A DNA stretch of 34,333 bases from Candidatus Uhrbacteria bacterium (GTDB lineage Bacteria; Patescibacteriota; Patescibacteriia; UBA9934; GWF2-40-263). The translations under genes and the position numbers were made by a program. The stretch lies in the NCBI GenBank assembly GCA_016205995.1, contig JACQSJ010000013.1:1-34333 (forward strand). Reading direction: 5' to 3'. The notes beneath the pieces were generated by a model, which worked only from the letters and a program-made list of their open reading frames with translations, was not told the DNA's origin and ran no database searches. This document shows, in pieces, positions 8,883 to 18,330 of the stretch. Every line of letters begins with the position of its first letter. Positions within the stretch are counted from its first letter, which is position 1.

Positions 8883-9983
8883 CTACGTGTGCAAGGTCGT
8901 CTTGTCAACAACCCTGGGGTTAAGTGTCGCGAACCAGGTGCTCAGAGGGACGAGGAGAACCAATGCACACGTGCCGGCCAACGTACGGACGAGTTCCTCC
9001 GCCACGATTTCGTTTTGGAGGAACTCCTGGTAGCCACCGAATTGATTCATGAACAAGAGGAACGCGGGCAGCGCCGCACCGGCGTACACCAGGATCAGCG
9101 TGTTCACAGCTGATGCGATATGGTGACGACCAATGCGCATGGCCTTTTGAAAGAGCTCTTTGCGGGTCACATGAGGGTTGGCAAGGAGGAGCTCGGAAAC
9201 AATTTCCGATTGCGTGATGGCGATGTCGTCCAGTACCCCACCCGCCCCCAGGATTATTCCCGCCGCGAGGATTCCGACGGGAACATGAACCGGATCGAGC
9301 TCCCAGAAGAGCAGCGCTCCCTCTTCAGACGCCAACCCGGAAAGCCGCGCCAGGGCGAGAAATCCCTTCGTAAAGACGAGGACAAGACCAAGGCCGCCAA
9401 GCGTGCTCAGAAAAGCAAAGAATGTTTGTCGCTTCAGCCCATGGGAGAGATGCATGTTGACCGCAAGGATGACCGCAGAGGCGATGACGGTGGCCAGTAC
9501 CGGTTCCGTTCCGGCAAGGATCGCCGGAAACAATCCACCGATGAGGACCGCGATGGTCACGAGAAGCCCCACGAGCGAGAGCAGGCCCCTGAGCAGACCA
9601 ACGAGAAGCGTCACCGCGGCAAAGAACCCGATGATCCACCAGACCCCCGTCTGTCGATGGACGTCGTCCAGGTACACCTCGACCCCTCCCTCGACGTCTA
9701 TGAGCCGCAGGTTTACAAGATCGCCTGGACGAAGAATGAATCCCACTCCAGAGACAAACGAGTCTGTCGTGTCCACCAAGAAGCTTTCTCCATAGGTGTC
9801 TTTGGCGGTGAAGACATGCTGGCGTACCCCGCCCTCCAGCTCCTGTGTTGACTGGATCTCGACGACCCGTGCCTCAACCTCTCGTGCGGTAAAGCCTTCC
9901 TGCGCCAGGCCTTGAGCCGGAAGCAGAAAAGCGACCAGGGCGATGATCGCGACAAAACGTTTGCGTACCGAATTACTCACCAT
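8883..9983 (-). CDS. YibE/F-like polytopic membrane protein
   Basis: Signal/TM, a beta-rich extracytoplasmic segment, then about 7 hydrophobic helices. The ORF-track start at 10043 is GTG and overlaps PBP2, so ATG 9983 is used. The family call rests on overall architecture only. Confidence 0.55.
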   Translation of the reverse strand: MVSNSVRKRFVAIIALVAFLLPAQGLAQEGFTAREVEARVVEIQSTQELEGGVRQHVFTAKDTYGESFLVDTTDSFVSGVGFILRPGDLVNLRLIDVEGGVEVYLDDVHRQTGVWWIIGFFAAVTLLVGLLRGLLSLVGLLVTIAVLIGGLFPAILAGTEPVLATVIASAVILAVNMHLSHGLKRQTFFAFLSTLGGLGLVLVFTKGFLALARLSGLASEEGALLFWELDPVHVPVGILAAGIILGAGGVLDDIAITQSEIVSELLLANPHVTRKELFQKAMRIGRHHIASAVNTLILVYAGAALPAFLLFMNQFGGYQEFLQNEIVAEELVRTLAGTCALVLLVPLSTWFATLNPRVVDKTTLHT

Positions 9984-11928
9984 AAAGGAACCACCAGTCA
10001 AAAATTTGTCGAGCGAGTGGAACGGCCGCGTCGTTACTTTCACCTCCCTCTTCGATCAACACAACCAGCGCGAGCGACGGATCCTCATAGGGACCAAACC
10101 CCGTAAACCAGGAGTGGTACGGCCTGTCTCCGGGCGTCTGGGCCGTTCCCGTCTTTCCTGCGACTGCCTCGGTAAGCGTTGAGAGCGATCGTGCACTTCC
10201 CAGCGTGACCGTCTGGCGCATCCCCTGTCGGACAACCGACATGGCATACGCGTCCAACCCCTCGATGCTGGCGGGTTGTGGGGAATCAAGCATCTGCGCG
10301 GCAAAGCCATCTGCCGATTCAACCACGTACGGCGTTACGCGCGACCCACCGTTGGCGATGGTTGCCGTGGCGACCGCCATCTGCAATGGGGTCGTGAGGA
10401 AATCCCCCTGACCGATCGCGAGGTGATACGTATCTCCAACATACCATCTCTCCCCTTTCACGTCCTCCTTCCACGCCTTGGACGGAAGAAACCCGTCGGC
10501 CTCATTTGGAAGATCAATGCCCGTTATCGACCCGAACCCAAACCTCCTTGCGTAATCCGTTATCCGCTCGACCCCAAGCCCCGTCACGGTGTCAAAGCCC
10601 CCGCCAACGATGTAGAAGTACGTGTTCACCGACTCAGAGATCGCCTTGCGCACATCGGTTACCCCGTGGCCGCCTGCCTTCCAGTCAGGAAAAAACCATT
10701 GCCCGATCCGCAACCCACCCGTTGAGAGAAACGAGGAATGCTCACCTACGATCCCCTCGGCCATCGCCGCATAGGCAATGACGGGCTTGAGCGTGGACCC
10801 AGACGGAAACTCGCCAGAGATGGCCCGGAAGAACAGAGGCAGGTCCTTGTTCTCAACAAGAGCCTCGTATCGTTCCTGCGAAATCCCCTCCGCGAACTCG
10901 TTGGCATCATAGGCGGGAAGACTGACCAAGGCGCGCACAGCACCGGTTTGCGGATCCATGGCAACGACCGACCCACGAGATGCACCGATGCGGTCAAAGG
11001 TCGCCTGGAGTTGTGTTTCGATGAACTTTTGGAACTCGTTGTTGATGCTTAGGGTGAGGTTGGACCCCAGGACCGGATCTTGCTTGGAGAGGATCGAGAG
11101 CTTGTGCCCTAAGGCATCCACCTCGTACACCAGCTTCCCTGGCACTCCTCTGAGCAGTCTTTCAGAGGTTCGCTCGATCCCCGTCTTGCCGATGGAGTCA
11201 ATGAGGCGGTAGCCCTCTGCGGGATGTTCCTCAAAATCCTGTTCGCTCAAGGATCCCGTGTACCCAAGGACGTGGGAAATCGATGGCGCGGAAGACGTGT
11301 AGATGCGTTTGGTGCGGGTGGTGAGGGAGAAGCCAGGGAGGTTCGAGACCTCGATCGCCAGCCGGATCGCTGACTCATACGGGAGGTCGTCTGCGATAGG
11401 GATGGCGTCCGTAGGTCTTGAGCTGTATTGCGAAAGAAGCAGATCAAGGTCCGTGGGTTGGCCACCAATGAGCCCTGCGACGCGCACAAAAAGCTCGTCG
11501 CGCGTTTGTCCGATGGGCAGGTCGGCGGGGGTCATGGTGAGGACAAATGCCGGTTCATTCCATGCCAGAGCAGAACCGGTTGCATCGTAGATGATGCCAC
11601 GTGGTGGGAGGATGAGTTCAACGCGCTCCCTATTTTGGCTGGAGAGGGCGAAGTATTGTCCCCCTTGGATGATCTGTAATTGGGCGGATCGACCGACAAA
11701 GAGCGCTGTTACCACGGCCACACAAATGAACCCGATGCGGACCCGACGACGGCTCACGGATGTCGATAACGGAACAGGGCCGCGACTGCCCGTTCCCTCC
11801 CCGTGCGCCCCAATCGCCATGAACGCTTCGAGGCCGGAGTCCGTTCGGTCACTGCCAAGCCGTCCATAGCGTCCGTCTTCTTGCAGACGGAACAGGCTTC
11901 CGTAGGATGGTCGCTTCCTGAAAAACAT
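9973..11928 (-). CDS. mrdA: penicillin-binding protein 2 (class B transpeptidase)
   Basis: N-terminal TM, then SxxK (GSTLKP) and KTG (GKTGTA) motifs; positioned directly downstream of mreD. Confidence 0.9.
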   Translation of the reverse strand: MFFRKRPSYGSLFRLQEDGRYGRLGSDRTDSGLEAFMAIGAHGEGTGSRGPVPLSTSVSRRRVRIGFICVAVVTALFVGRSAQLQIIQGGQYFALSSQNRERVELILPPRGIIYDATGSALAWNEPAFVLTMTPADLPIGQTRDELFVRVAGLIGGQPTDLDLLLSQYSSRPTDAIPIADDLPYESAIRLAIEVSNLPGFSLTTRTKRIYTSSAPSISHVLGYTGSLSEQDFEEHPAEGYRLIDSIGKTGIERTSERLLRGVPGKLVYEVDALGHKLSILSKQDPVLGSNLTLSINNEFQKFIETQLQATFDRIGASRGSVVAMDPQTGAVRALVSLPAYDANEFAEGISQERYEALVENKDLPLFFRAISGEFPSGSTLKPVIAYAAMAEGIVGEHSSFLSTGGLRIGQWFFPDWKAGGHGVTDVRKAISESVNTYFYIVGGGFDTVTGLGVERITDYARRFGFGSITGIDLPNEADGFLPSKAWKEDVKGERWYVGDTYHLAIGQGDFLTTPLQMAVATATIANGGSRVTPYVVESADGFAAQMLDSPQPASIEGLDAYAMSVVRQGMRQTVTLGSARSLSTLTEAVAGKTGTAQTPGDRPYHSWFTGFGPYEDPSLALVVLIEEGGESNDAAVPLARQIFDWWFLYGE

Positions 11929-11930
11929 AT

Positions 11931-12449
11931 TCAGGGGCGATCAAGAAAAAGCTGTTGCGCTACGAGGCGAACCCGACGCAGGGACGAAAATACAAAAAGA
12001 AGCAGTAGACAAGAGAAAAGGGCGGCCCACAGGTTGGTCAAGAGCAACGGTTTCCACAAGAATAGTTCTCCTGTCAGGATATGTGAAAGCCCCACGATGG
12101 CTAGTTCAGAGAGGGTAAGGACCGCCAGGCACAGCAGGGAGGTCGCAGCCATTCCATAAAACGACCGGTTCGTGAAGACATGGGCGACGAGCAACATCAT
12201 GGTCCCCGCTATCAGCAGGTACGAGAGGCTCTGGAGGGGAGCAAGGGAGAGGGACAAGATATCAAGCACGAGCCCGTAGGCGACCAACCACCACGCACAA
12301 GACCGCTGGTTCACGTACTGGTAGAGATAGATGGACACAACCAAGACAAGCGGGATGCGATCAAAGGGATATGGGAGGGCATGAACGAAGCTCACCTGAA
12401 GAGTCAGGAGAAAAAGAAGGGCAAGGACATGAGAAAAAAAACGGATCAT
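11931..12449 (-). CDS. mreD: rod-shape determining protein MreD
   Basis: 172-aa polytopic membrane protein between mreC and PBP2; 4-nt overlap with mreC. Confidence 0.7.
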   Translation of the reverse strand: MIRFFSHVLALLFLLTLQVSFVHALPYPFDRIPLVLVVSIYLYQYVNQRSCAWWLVAYGLVLDILSLSLAPLQSLSYLLIAGTMMLLVAHVFTNRSFYGMAATSLLCLAVLTLSELAIVGLSHILTGELFLWKPLLLTNLWAALFSCLLLLFVFSSLRRVRLVAQQLFLDRP

Positions 12450-13252
12450 GGAAGGGGGTCAGGGGGAATCAATACAAGCACCAGAGAAAGGCGTCGAATG
12501 TCCGAGAGTGGTTCCACGATCGCCTGTTGAAAAGGTGAACCCATTTGTTGTTCAACGGTGTTTACCACGCCCACGAGGAGCCCACTTGGCACCAAGGCCT
12601 CGAGACCGGACGTCACAACCAGGTCATTTTCTTGGATGGCCTGATCCGTGGGGATGAAGTCAATCTGGAGTAGGTCCCCCACCGTTCCGTTCGCCACACC
12701 GATGGTTCGGCTTTCGTTGAGGAGACTCACGGCCAGCGAGTGCGTCGGATCCGTAAGCGCGCTGACCGTCGCGGAGTGGCCGTTCAATTCAATAACCTTC
12801 CCGACGTATACCCCCTCGCCCGACACCACAGCAGAGCCAAGTTGGATGCCCTGTTTCGCTCCCACATCGATGAGGAAGCGGCTCACGGAATGGGAAACGC
12901 TCTTCGCCAGGACCTGGGCCGCAACCTCTTTAGCTCCAGAGCGTTCAATGAACCGAAGTTCCTGGCGAAGCAATTCGTTCTCCTCCTTGAGCTTCTCTAG
13001 CTCCAGGCGGTCGATGGCAAGTTCCACGCGGTCATCGTACAAATCCTGAAGCGCCTCGGGCGTGAGGGTTCCGCTCTCGCGCCACCAAAATGCGGTATCC
13101 GATATCCAGCTTGCTCCCGCCACCAGAGGAGCCGAGAAGGGCGCGATGAGTGTAGACAGAAATCCTTGAAGCGAAAAAAAGATCGCCAGAACCACGGCAA
13201 CGAGGATGATGACTCGACGCACGCGTTTCCTGCCTGTGGCGCTGGGCTTCAT
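12446..13252 (-). CDS. mreC: rod-shape determining protein MreC
   Basis: N-terminal TM, coiled coil (LELEKLKEENELLRQEL), two beta-barrel-like segments; located downstream of mreB. Confidence 0.85.
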   Translation of the reverse strand: MKPSATGRKRVRRVIILVAVVLAIFFSLQGFLSTLIAPFSAPLVAGASWISDTAFWWRESGTLTPEALQDLYDDRVELAIDRLELEKLKEENELLRQELRFIERSGAKEVAAQVLAKSVSHSVSRFLIDVGAKQGIQLGSAVVSGEGVYVGKVIELNGHSATVSALTDPTHSLAVSLLNESRTIGVANGTVGDLLQIDFIPTDQAIQENDLVVTSGLEALVPSGLLVGVVNTVEQQMGSPFQQAIVEPLSDIRRLSLVLVLIPPDPLP

Positions 13253-13258
13253 ACACTT

Positions 13259-14311
13259 CTAGATGATGCTTCCTTCGGTCGCCGATGGGAGGGAGATGTC
13301 TTTGAGAAGCTGCGGGTCCTCCAGGAGCATCCCGGCCCCGCGCACCACACACGTCAGCGGATCATCTGCCACACGGACAGGAATCGCGGCCTGGCGTGAG
13401 ATAAGTGTATCCATCCCCCGCAAAAGTGCTCCGCCTCCGACCAGAACGATCCCCCGCTCATAGATATCCGCAACCAACTCTGGCGGGGTCGTCTCAAGGG
13501 TTGCTTTGATATTTTCGACGATGGTGCGGACGGATCGCTGAAGGGCCTCTCGCACTTGCGTGTCATTGATCATGATCTCCTTAGGCAAGCCCGTGAGGAG
13601 GTCTCGTCCACGCATTTCGATCTCCAGCGGTTCCTCTGGCTCCATGGCGGTCCCGATCCGCATCTTCAACCGTTCAGCAATGCGCTCCCCTAAGAGCAGG
13701 TTGAAGGAGTCCCGTGCATACTGGATAATATTTTTGTTCATCTCCTCTCCGGCAATGTCCAACGACTTCCACGTGACAACGCCCGCCAAAGACATCACGG
13801 CGATTTCAGTCGTGCCACCACCAATATCAACGACCATCATCCCAACCGCCTCAGAAAGCGGAAGCCTGGCGCCCAGCGCGGCCAGGAGGGGGTTCTCAAC
13901 CAGGTGCACGGTCCTTGCCCCGGCCGATAGTGCTGCATCCTCAATCGCCTTGCGTTCCACCTCGGTCGTCTCAAGAGGGACGCCGATGACCACACTGGGA
14001 CGCGGAACGAAGGTGAAGGACTCATCATGGACCTTGTCGATAAAAAATTTCAGCATTTTTTCTGTCACTTCAAAGTCAGAAATAACTCCTTTGGACAGGG
14101 GCTTCGAGATCAAGATGTGCGGTGGGGTCTTGCCCAGCATGTCCTTGGCGTCCTTTCCTACGGAGAGAATTTGATCCGTCCTCGTGTTGATGGCGACGAT
14201 GGAGGGCTCGTTAATCACAATGCCCCCGTCCTTGGAGTACACGAGCGTGTTGGACGTTCCTAGGTCGATCCCGAGGTCTTTTGAAAATTTTCCCAGGAGC
14301 TTGTTGAACAT
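13259..14311 (-). CDS. mreB: rod-shape determining protein MreB (actin-like ATPase)
   Basis: DLGIDLGTSNT phosphate-1 motif, VVDIGGGTTE phosphate-2 motif, GIVLVGGGALLRG adenosine motif. Confidence 0.97.
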   Translation of the reverse strand: MFNKLLGKFSKDLGIDLGTSNTLVYSKDGGIVINEPSIVAINTRTDQILSVGKDAKDMLGKTPPHILISKPLSKGVISDFEVTEKMLKFFIDKVHDESFTFVPRPSVVIGVPLETTEVERKAIEDAALSAGARTVHLVENPLLAALGARLPLSEAVGMMVVDIGGGTTEIAVMSLAGVVTWKSLDIAGEEMNKNIIQYARDSFNLLLGERIAERLKMRIGTAMEPEEPLEIEMRGRDLLTGLPKEIMINDTQVREALQRSVRTIVENIKATLETTPPELVADIYERGIVLVGGGALLRGMDTLISRQAAIPVRVADDPLTCVVRGAGMLLEDPQLLKDISLPSATEGSII

Positions 14312-14338
14312 ACGAAAACGAGAGGTCTTAGCCTCCCG

Positions 14339-14367
14339 ATTCTACCAGGCCGCAACCGCAGCAGCAA
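14339..14367 (-). promoter_or_regulatory. putative promoter of the mreBCD-mrdA operon
   Basis: Minus-strand TTGCTG (14367-14362), 17-nt spacer, TAGAAT (14344-14339). Confidence 0.45.
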
Positions 14368-14392
14368 GGATAGACTTGGACAGTTTTTGTGT

Positions 14393-14770
14393 TCAGGAGT
14401 CACGCGAAGAAAGGAAGGTCATCTCGATGAGCCCGACAATGACGACAACCAGCAGCATGGTCCACCAACGGAACCAGCCTTGTGAGAACAGCAGGAGCGA
14501 GCTCATGAAAAGGATCGTCAACAGGATGCCGTGTCGGAACGACCGGACCGCAATGCGTGACGCAAGCTCTTCTTTAGATCGCCAAAGTCGGTAGAGCATT
14601 TCACCAAGCGAGATCGTTCCAAAGAGGGCCATGAGGAGTGTTAGGTAGAAGAGGACAAAGCCAAGAAGTCCCGAACGGGTGGGGTCTACCCCGTTGAGGA
14701 CGACCGCCCATGAGATCCAGGCGGCAACCGTGGCGATGGCCATGAAGAGCAGATACCTATGGAAGCTCAT
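14393..14770 (-). CDS. hypothetical membrane protein (about 4 TM helices)
   Basis: The start is set at ATG 14770 (MSFHRYLLFMAIA). Upstream of that, the ORF-track extension overlaps the preceding gene. No family recognised. Confidence 0.55.
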   Translation of the reverse strand: MSFHRYLLFMAIATVAAWISWAVVLNGVDPTRSGLLGFVLFYLTLLMALFGTISLGEMLYRLWRSKEELASRIAVRSFRHGILLTILFMSSLLLFSQGWFRWWTMLLVVVIVGLIEMTFLSSRDS

Positions 14771-15086
14771 AGCGGGTGGGTTCTCTTGAGAGGAAGGTTT
14801 GGATCCGATCAATCGTCGTAGTGGGAAACTCCTGGCGAAGCTTTGTGAGAAACTGTTGTTCCATGCCGACAATCCCATGGCGAGCCGCCGCGCTCTTTAC
14901 TCGCAATCGAAGGATTCCCCCTTTGAACGAAATCGCCACAACTTCAAACGCCTGCATCCCAGGAAGGTACCCGGGGATAATCCGATTCGCCGCCTCCACA
15001 ACCATGGAGGCATTGATCGATCGTCGGACGCCCGGTCGGTTAAACGCCGATCCCGAAAGGAGGTCGCGCATGGAAGATAAGCCCAT
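14757..15086 (-). CDS. small DUF721-like protein (tentative)
   Basis: 109 aa. The pattern A.V.....GG.L.L.V.S......L......FL..L resembles DUF721 proteins. This is a motif-level impression only. Confidence 0.4.
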   Translation of the reverse strand: MGLSSMRDLLSGSAFNRPGVRRSINASMVVEAANRIIPGYLPGMQAFEVVAISFKGGILRLRVKSAAARHGIVGMEQQFLTKLRQEFPTTTIDRIQTFLSREPTRYELP

Positions 15087-15113
15087 ATCGGAAACTAGTA
15101 TAGCAAGTCTCGC

Positions 15114-18100
15114 CTACTGTCGGAATTCGCAGATGTCGGCAAAGTCGCAGTACTGACAGTGGAACCCAGGCGTGGGATCGAACTTCGACGAGCGGATCGC
15201 CTGTACGCGAGCGACAATCGACTCCTGGAGGTCGAGAAGCTGGTCATCGGTGCCCAGGAAAGAAACCTGGCTGTTATCGGTCAGGTAGTGGTAGGTCAGT
15301 CGTTTTGGGACAAGCCCCAGTACGTCGCGCGCGGCGAGTTGGTACAAGAGGAGTTGCTCCTTGTCTTCCTTGGAGAGTTCGGTCTTAGGCGAGCCGGTCT
15401 TGTAATCGATGATCTCAACCCCATCCTCGAACCTGTCGATACGGTCGATCTGTCCTTTCAACACCACGTCCCCAAACTTCATCGTGAACCCCTGCTCCAC
15501 GGCCAGGGGGTCAGCCCCGACGTGCTCTGCAGTCGGGGCTCCGACCTCCGCGTAGCGGAGCGTCGGAGGTCTTCGGTCGTCTAGTTTTCGATAAAAGCCT
15601 TTGATTGACTCAAGTCCCTGTTGTCGATATTCCTCGCGCTGGCGGTCATTCATGAACCAATCGTCCTGCCAGCACGCGTGGTACGCCTCCACCAGCTCAT
15701 CGAGCGAAACGGGAAGCTGCTCGGACGTCGTGGTGCTACCAAACAAACTTGCCTGCCGTAACCCCTCGCGCTCCAACCACAGGGTGAAGAACCTCTGCAG
15801 TGTGTTGTGCATGGTCTTTCCAAACGAGAACGTCCACTTCCCCATGATCGGCACCTTGAGCACATGAGCAAACTTGTACTGCAACGGACAGGTTTTGAAT
15901 GCCGCGAGCTGGGTAAAGGAAAACTGTTTGGGGATGGGGAACGTGACAGTCTCGCTCGCGGGCGGTTGTCCCTGCTCCTCGTCAAACAGCTCGACGATCT
16001 CGCGAGGGGCCTCCGGCGACTCGTATCCAAGCTCGTGCAGGAATCGGGAAAGCTTGCGGGCGCGTGCCCCTCCATAGTCCTCGGCCGAGGTGAAGTAGAG
16101 TCCCACTTTCGCCCGCGTCATAGCAACGTAGAACAGTCGGCGCTCCTCCTCAAGGTGAGCATCTTTGTCGTTGGTCGGAGAGGAGCCGAGCCCTTCTGGC
16201 AGGGGTATCGCATCACTCTTCTGGTTTGTCGGAAACCGCTGGGCTACCAGGTTGACGACAAACACATGTTTGAACTCCAACCCCTTGGCCGCGTGCACGG
16301 TCATGATCCTCACCACGTCAGGCCCAGCTTCCAGGTCGATCGCGAGCGAGCCTTCCTCTCCGGCATCGCGCTCGTGGGCAAACTCCGCCAGAAAATTATG
16401 CAGAACAGGATGATCGCTCCTGCGTTCAAATGATTTGAGTCGTTGGTAGAACTGCTGAAGGTAACTAAAGCTATCGAGTTTCTTTTGCTCGGAGAGCCTA
16501 TTGAGATGCTCGAGGTACCCCGAGTCCTTCGCCACCATCACGAACAGCTCACCAACCTTGCGCGTCCGCGCGGCTTTCTGAAACGTATCAAGCTGCTCCA
16601 GAAGCCGACGAATCGCCTGCTGGTCGTCAACAGGAACCTGGAAGATTGACCCCACCTGCTCGCACGCTTCAAATAATGATTTGCCCTTGCGGTGCGCCCA
16701 CTGGTTGAGCTCGAGGATGCTGCGTTCCCCCACCCCAACGATCTTGCTCGCGAGCAGCCGGTAGAAACTCGGGCTATCAAACGGATTGTCGATCACACGC
16801 ATGTACGCCATGAGGTCCAGGACGGCTGGCTTGGTGTAGAGGCCGGAGAGCGCGAGAAACTGGTATGGGATCTTGTGCCGTTCAAGCGCGGCGGCAAAGT
16901 CCATCCCGCCGGCGTTGGAGCGCACGAGGATCGCAAAGTCACTCCAGTCAGTTCCTTCCTGCGCCTTCAGGCCCACGATTCGTTCTACGACTCGCGCGAC
17001 CTCCTCGGTCGCCGTGAGCGCGTGGATGTGTTCAACCTGGGCGGGAAGCGTGACCGCGGCCTCAAGCTTCTTGGAGAGCTGCCTCTGCGTGGCTGCCTCA
17101 AGCCGGTTGGGGTTGTTGTGCTGGATGAAGGCGTGGGCGCGGTCAAGGATCTCCTGGGCGGAGCGGTAGTTTTTTGTGAGCACCACGCGCTTCGTATCAG
17201 GGAAGTCCGCCTCGAAGCGCAAGATATTGGCAAGTGAGGCACCGCGGAATTTGTAGATGGACTGATCGTCATCCCCCACCACTGTGAGGTTTCGACGGGG
17301 CTCGGCGATGAGCTTCACAATCTCGTACTGCGCGTCGTTGGTGTCCTGGAACTCATCCACGAGGACAAACTTGAACCGCGCACGGATCTGGTCACGCACG
17401 GTCGGCCGCGTCCGCAGGAGTTTGAGCGTGTAGAGCATGAGATCTCCAAAGTCGAGGGCATCGTTTTCAAGCAAGATCTGCTGGTAGGTGGCGTACGCTC
17501 GCGCGAGCTCGTCTAGGCGTGCGATCTCACTGGTGGCCGCGTCATCCGCCTGCGCTGCGTCGAGATCCGCTTTCGTGCCCTCGACGAATTTCAGGTACTC
17601 GTCCGGGTCGATACCAACGTCCTTGGCGCGAGAGAAGTGGGTCAGCAGTGACCGAATGTACTTTGTCGGGTTCCCGAGCGGTCGGTAGTAGTCGAGGGCA
17701 AAGCGGTCGAAGTGTTGGCGGGAAAGCAGCCAGGCGTCGAGTTCGGTCATGAGTCGGAAGTCTCGCGAGAGTCCCAGCTCTGCGCCGTACTGCCGCAACA
17801 ACTTTTCCGCGAACGAATGAAACGTCGAGATCTGCAGATCGACATAGCCATACGGCAGCAACCGATCGACTCGCTCCTCCATTTCCCCTGCCGCCTTGTC
17901 GGTAAACGTGAGCGCCAAAATTTCCTCGGGCTTGGCGTGGCCTTGATCGATGAGCCAGGCGATGCGGTGAGTGACGACCGTTGTCTTTCCTGTTCCCGCG
18001 CCCGCGACGATCATCAGCGGCCCCTCCACGTGCGTGACAGCTTCGCGCTGCTCCTGGTTCAATTTTGCTAGTAAATCTTCACTCATAGTCGCTGACATCA

Positions 18101-18131
18101 TAGCATAGGGAGACGACTGAATCTCCGACAC
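15114..18131 (-). CDS. UvrD/PcrA-type SF1 helicase fused to a C-terminal PD-(D/E)xK Cas4/AddB-like Fe-S nuclease
   Basis: Helicase motifs: Walker A AGAGTGKT, DEFQD, VGDDDQSIYKFRGA, TVHAAKGLEF and YVAMTRA. Nuclease motifs: C-terminal DRIDRF...IIDYKTG plus four Cys (CPLQY ... CQYCDFADIC). The codon at 18131 is GTG; in-frame ATGs at 18101 and 18086 (MSEDLLAKLNQEQ) are plausible true starts. Confidence 0.9.
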   Translation of the reverse strand: MSEIQSSPYAMMSATMSEDLLAKLNQEQREAVTHVEGPLMIVAGAGTGKTTVVTHRIAWLIDQGHAKPEEILALTFTDKAAGEMEERVDRLLPYGYVDLQISTFHSFAEKLLRQYGAELGLSRDFRLMTELDAWLLSRQHFDRFALDYYRPLGNPTKYIRSLLTHFSRAKDVGIDPDEYLKFVEGTKADLDAAQADDAATSEIARLDELARAYATYQQILLENDALDFGDLMLYTLKLLRTRPTVRDQIRARFKFVLVDEFQDTNDAQYEIVKLIAEPRRNLTVVGDDDQSIYKFRGASLANILRFEADFPDTKRVVLTKNYRSAQEILDRAHAFIQHNNPNRLEAATQRQLSKKLEAAVTLPAQVEHIHALTATEEVARVVERIVGLKAQEGTDWSDFAILVRSNAGGMDFAAALERHKIPYQFLALSGLYTKPAVLDLMAYMRVIDNPFDSPSFYRLLASKIVGVGERSILELNQWAHRKGKSLFEACEQVGSIFQVPVDDQQAIRRLLEQLDTFQKAARTRKVGELFVMVAKDSGYLEHLNRLSEQKKLDSFSYLQQFYQRLKSFERRSDHPVLHNFLAEFAHERDAGEEGSLAIDLEAGPDVVRIMTVHAAKGLEFKHVFVVNLVAQRFPTNQKSDAIPLPEGLGSSPTNDKDAHLEEERRLFYVAMTRAKVGLYFTSAEDYGGARARKLSRFLHELGYESPEAPREIVELFDEEQGQPPASETVTFPIPKQFSFTQLAAFKTCPLQYKFAHVLKVPIMGKWTFSFGKTMHNTLQRFFTLWLEREGLRQASLFGSTTTSEQLPVSLDELVEAYHACWQDDWFMNDRQREEYRQQGLESIKGFYRKLDDRRPPTLRYAEVGAPTAEHVGADPLAVEQGFTMKFGDVVLKGQIDRIDRFEDGVEIIDYKTGSPKTELSKEDKEQLLLYQLAARDVLGLVPKRLTYHYLTDNSQVSFLGTDDQLLDLQESIVARVQAIRSSKFDPTPGFHCQYCDFADICEFRQ

Positions 18132-18146
18132 TCTCCCTCCGCGGTC

Positions 18147-18232
18147 TCCCCCCTGCCTGAGGGGGGATTAAGGGGGGAGGGAGCGCGGGGAGGTTGCCGG
18201 CGACTTCGTCCGAAGCGAACGGCAACCTCCCC
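18147..18232. other. G/C-run structured intergenic segment: hairpin 18147-18167, G-quadruplex-type motif 18161-18190, 13-bp hairpin 18187-18199/18220-18232
   Basis: TCCCCCC-TGCCTGA-GGGGGGA; G6-ATTAA-G6-A-G3-AGCGC-G4; GGGGAGGTTGCCG...CGGCAACCTCCCC. Confidence 0.6.
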
Positions 18233-18264
18233 TAACCCCTCCTTGGGAAGGAGGGGGATCGAAT
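18224..18264 (+). repeat. REP-like hairpin repeat, copy B (AACCTCCCCTAACCCCTCCTTGGGAAGGAGGGGGATCGAAT)
   Basis: Same flanks and stem as copies A and C; the loop is TTGGGAA instead of TTAAAAA. Confidence 0.75.
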
Positions 18265-18269
18265 AATGA

Positions 18270-18296
18270 TTGACATTTTTGCAAAAATGGGATAAG
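18270..18296 (+). promoter_or_regulatory. putative promoter of the vWA-FHA operon
   Basis: TTGACA (18270-18275), 15-nt spacer containing TG (18288-18289), then GATAAG (18291-18296). A small hairpin GGTTGG-CCTTT-CCAACC lies just before the AGGAGG RBS. Confidence 0.35.
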
Positions 18297-18330
18297 CCAA
18301 GGTTGGCCTTTCCAACCGATAGGAGGCTCG

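Noticed and set aside
9120-9851. Long antisense ORFs opposite recognised housekeeping genes. Besides this one, they include 13560-14174, 15807-16433, 23857-24669, 26214-27068 and 32933-33931.
   Set aside because: The opposite-strand genes (YibE/F-like, mreB, helicase, atpG, atpH/F, metG) have unambiguous family motifs. The antisense translations are low-complexity Arg/His/Asp-rich.
18119-18130. AATCTCCGACA half-site resembling the right arm of the palindrome, at the helicase 5' end.
   Set aside because: It is a single 11-mer with one mismatch and no matching left arm. A match of that quality is expected by chance in about 68 kb of two-strand sequence.
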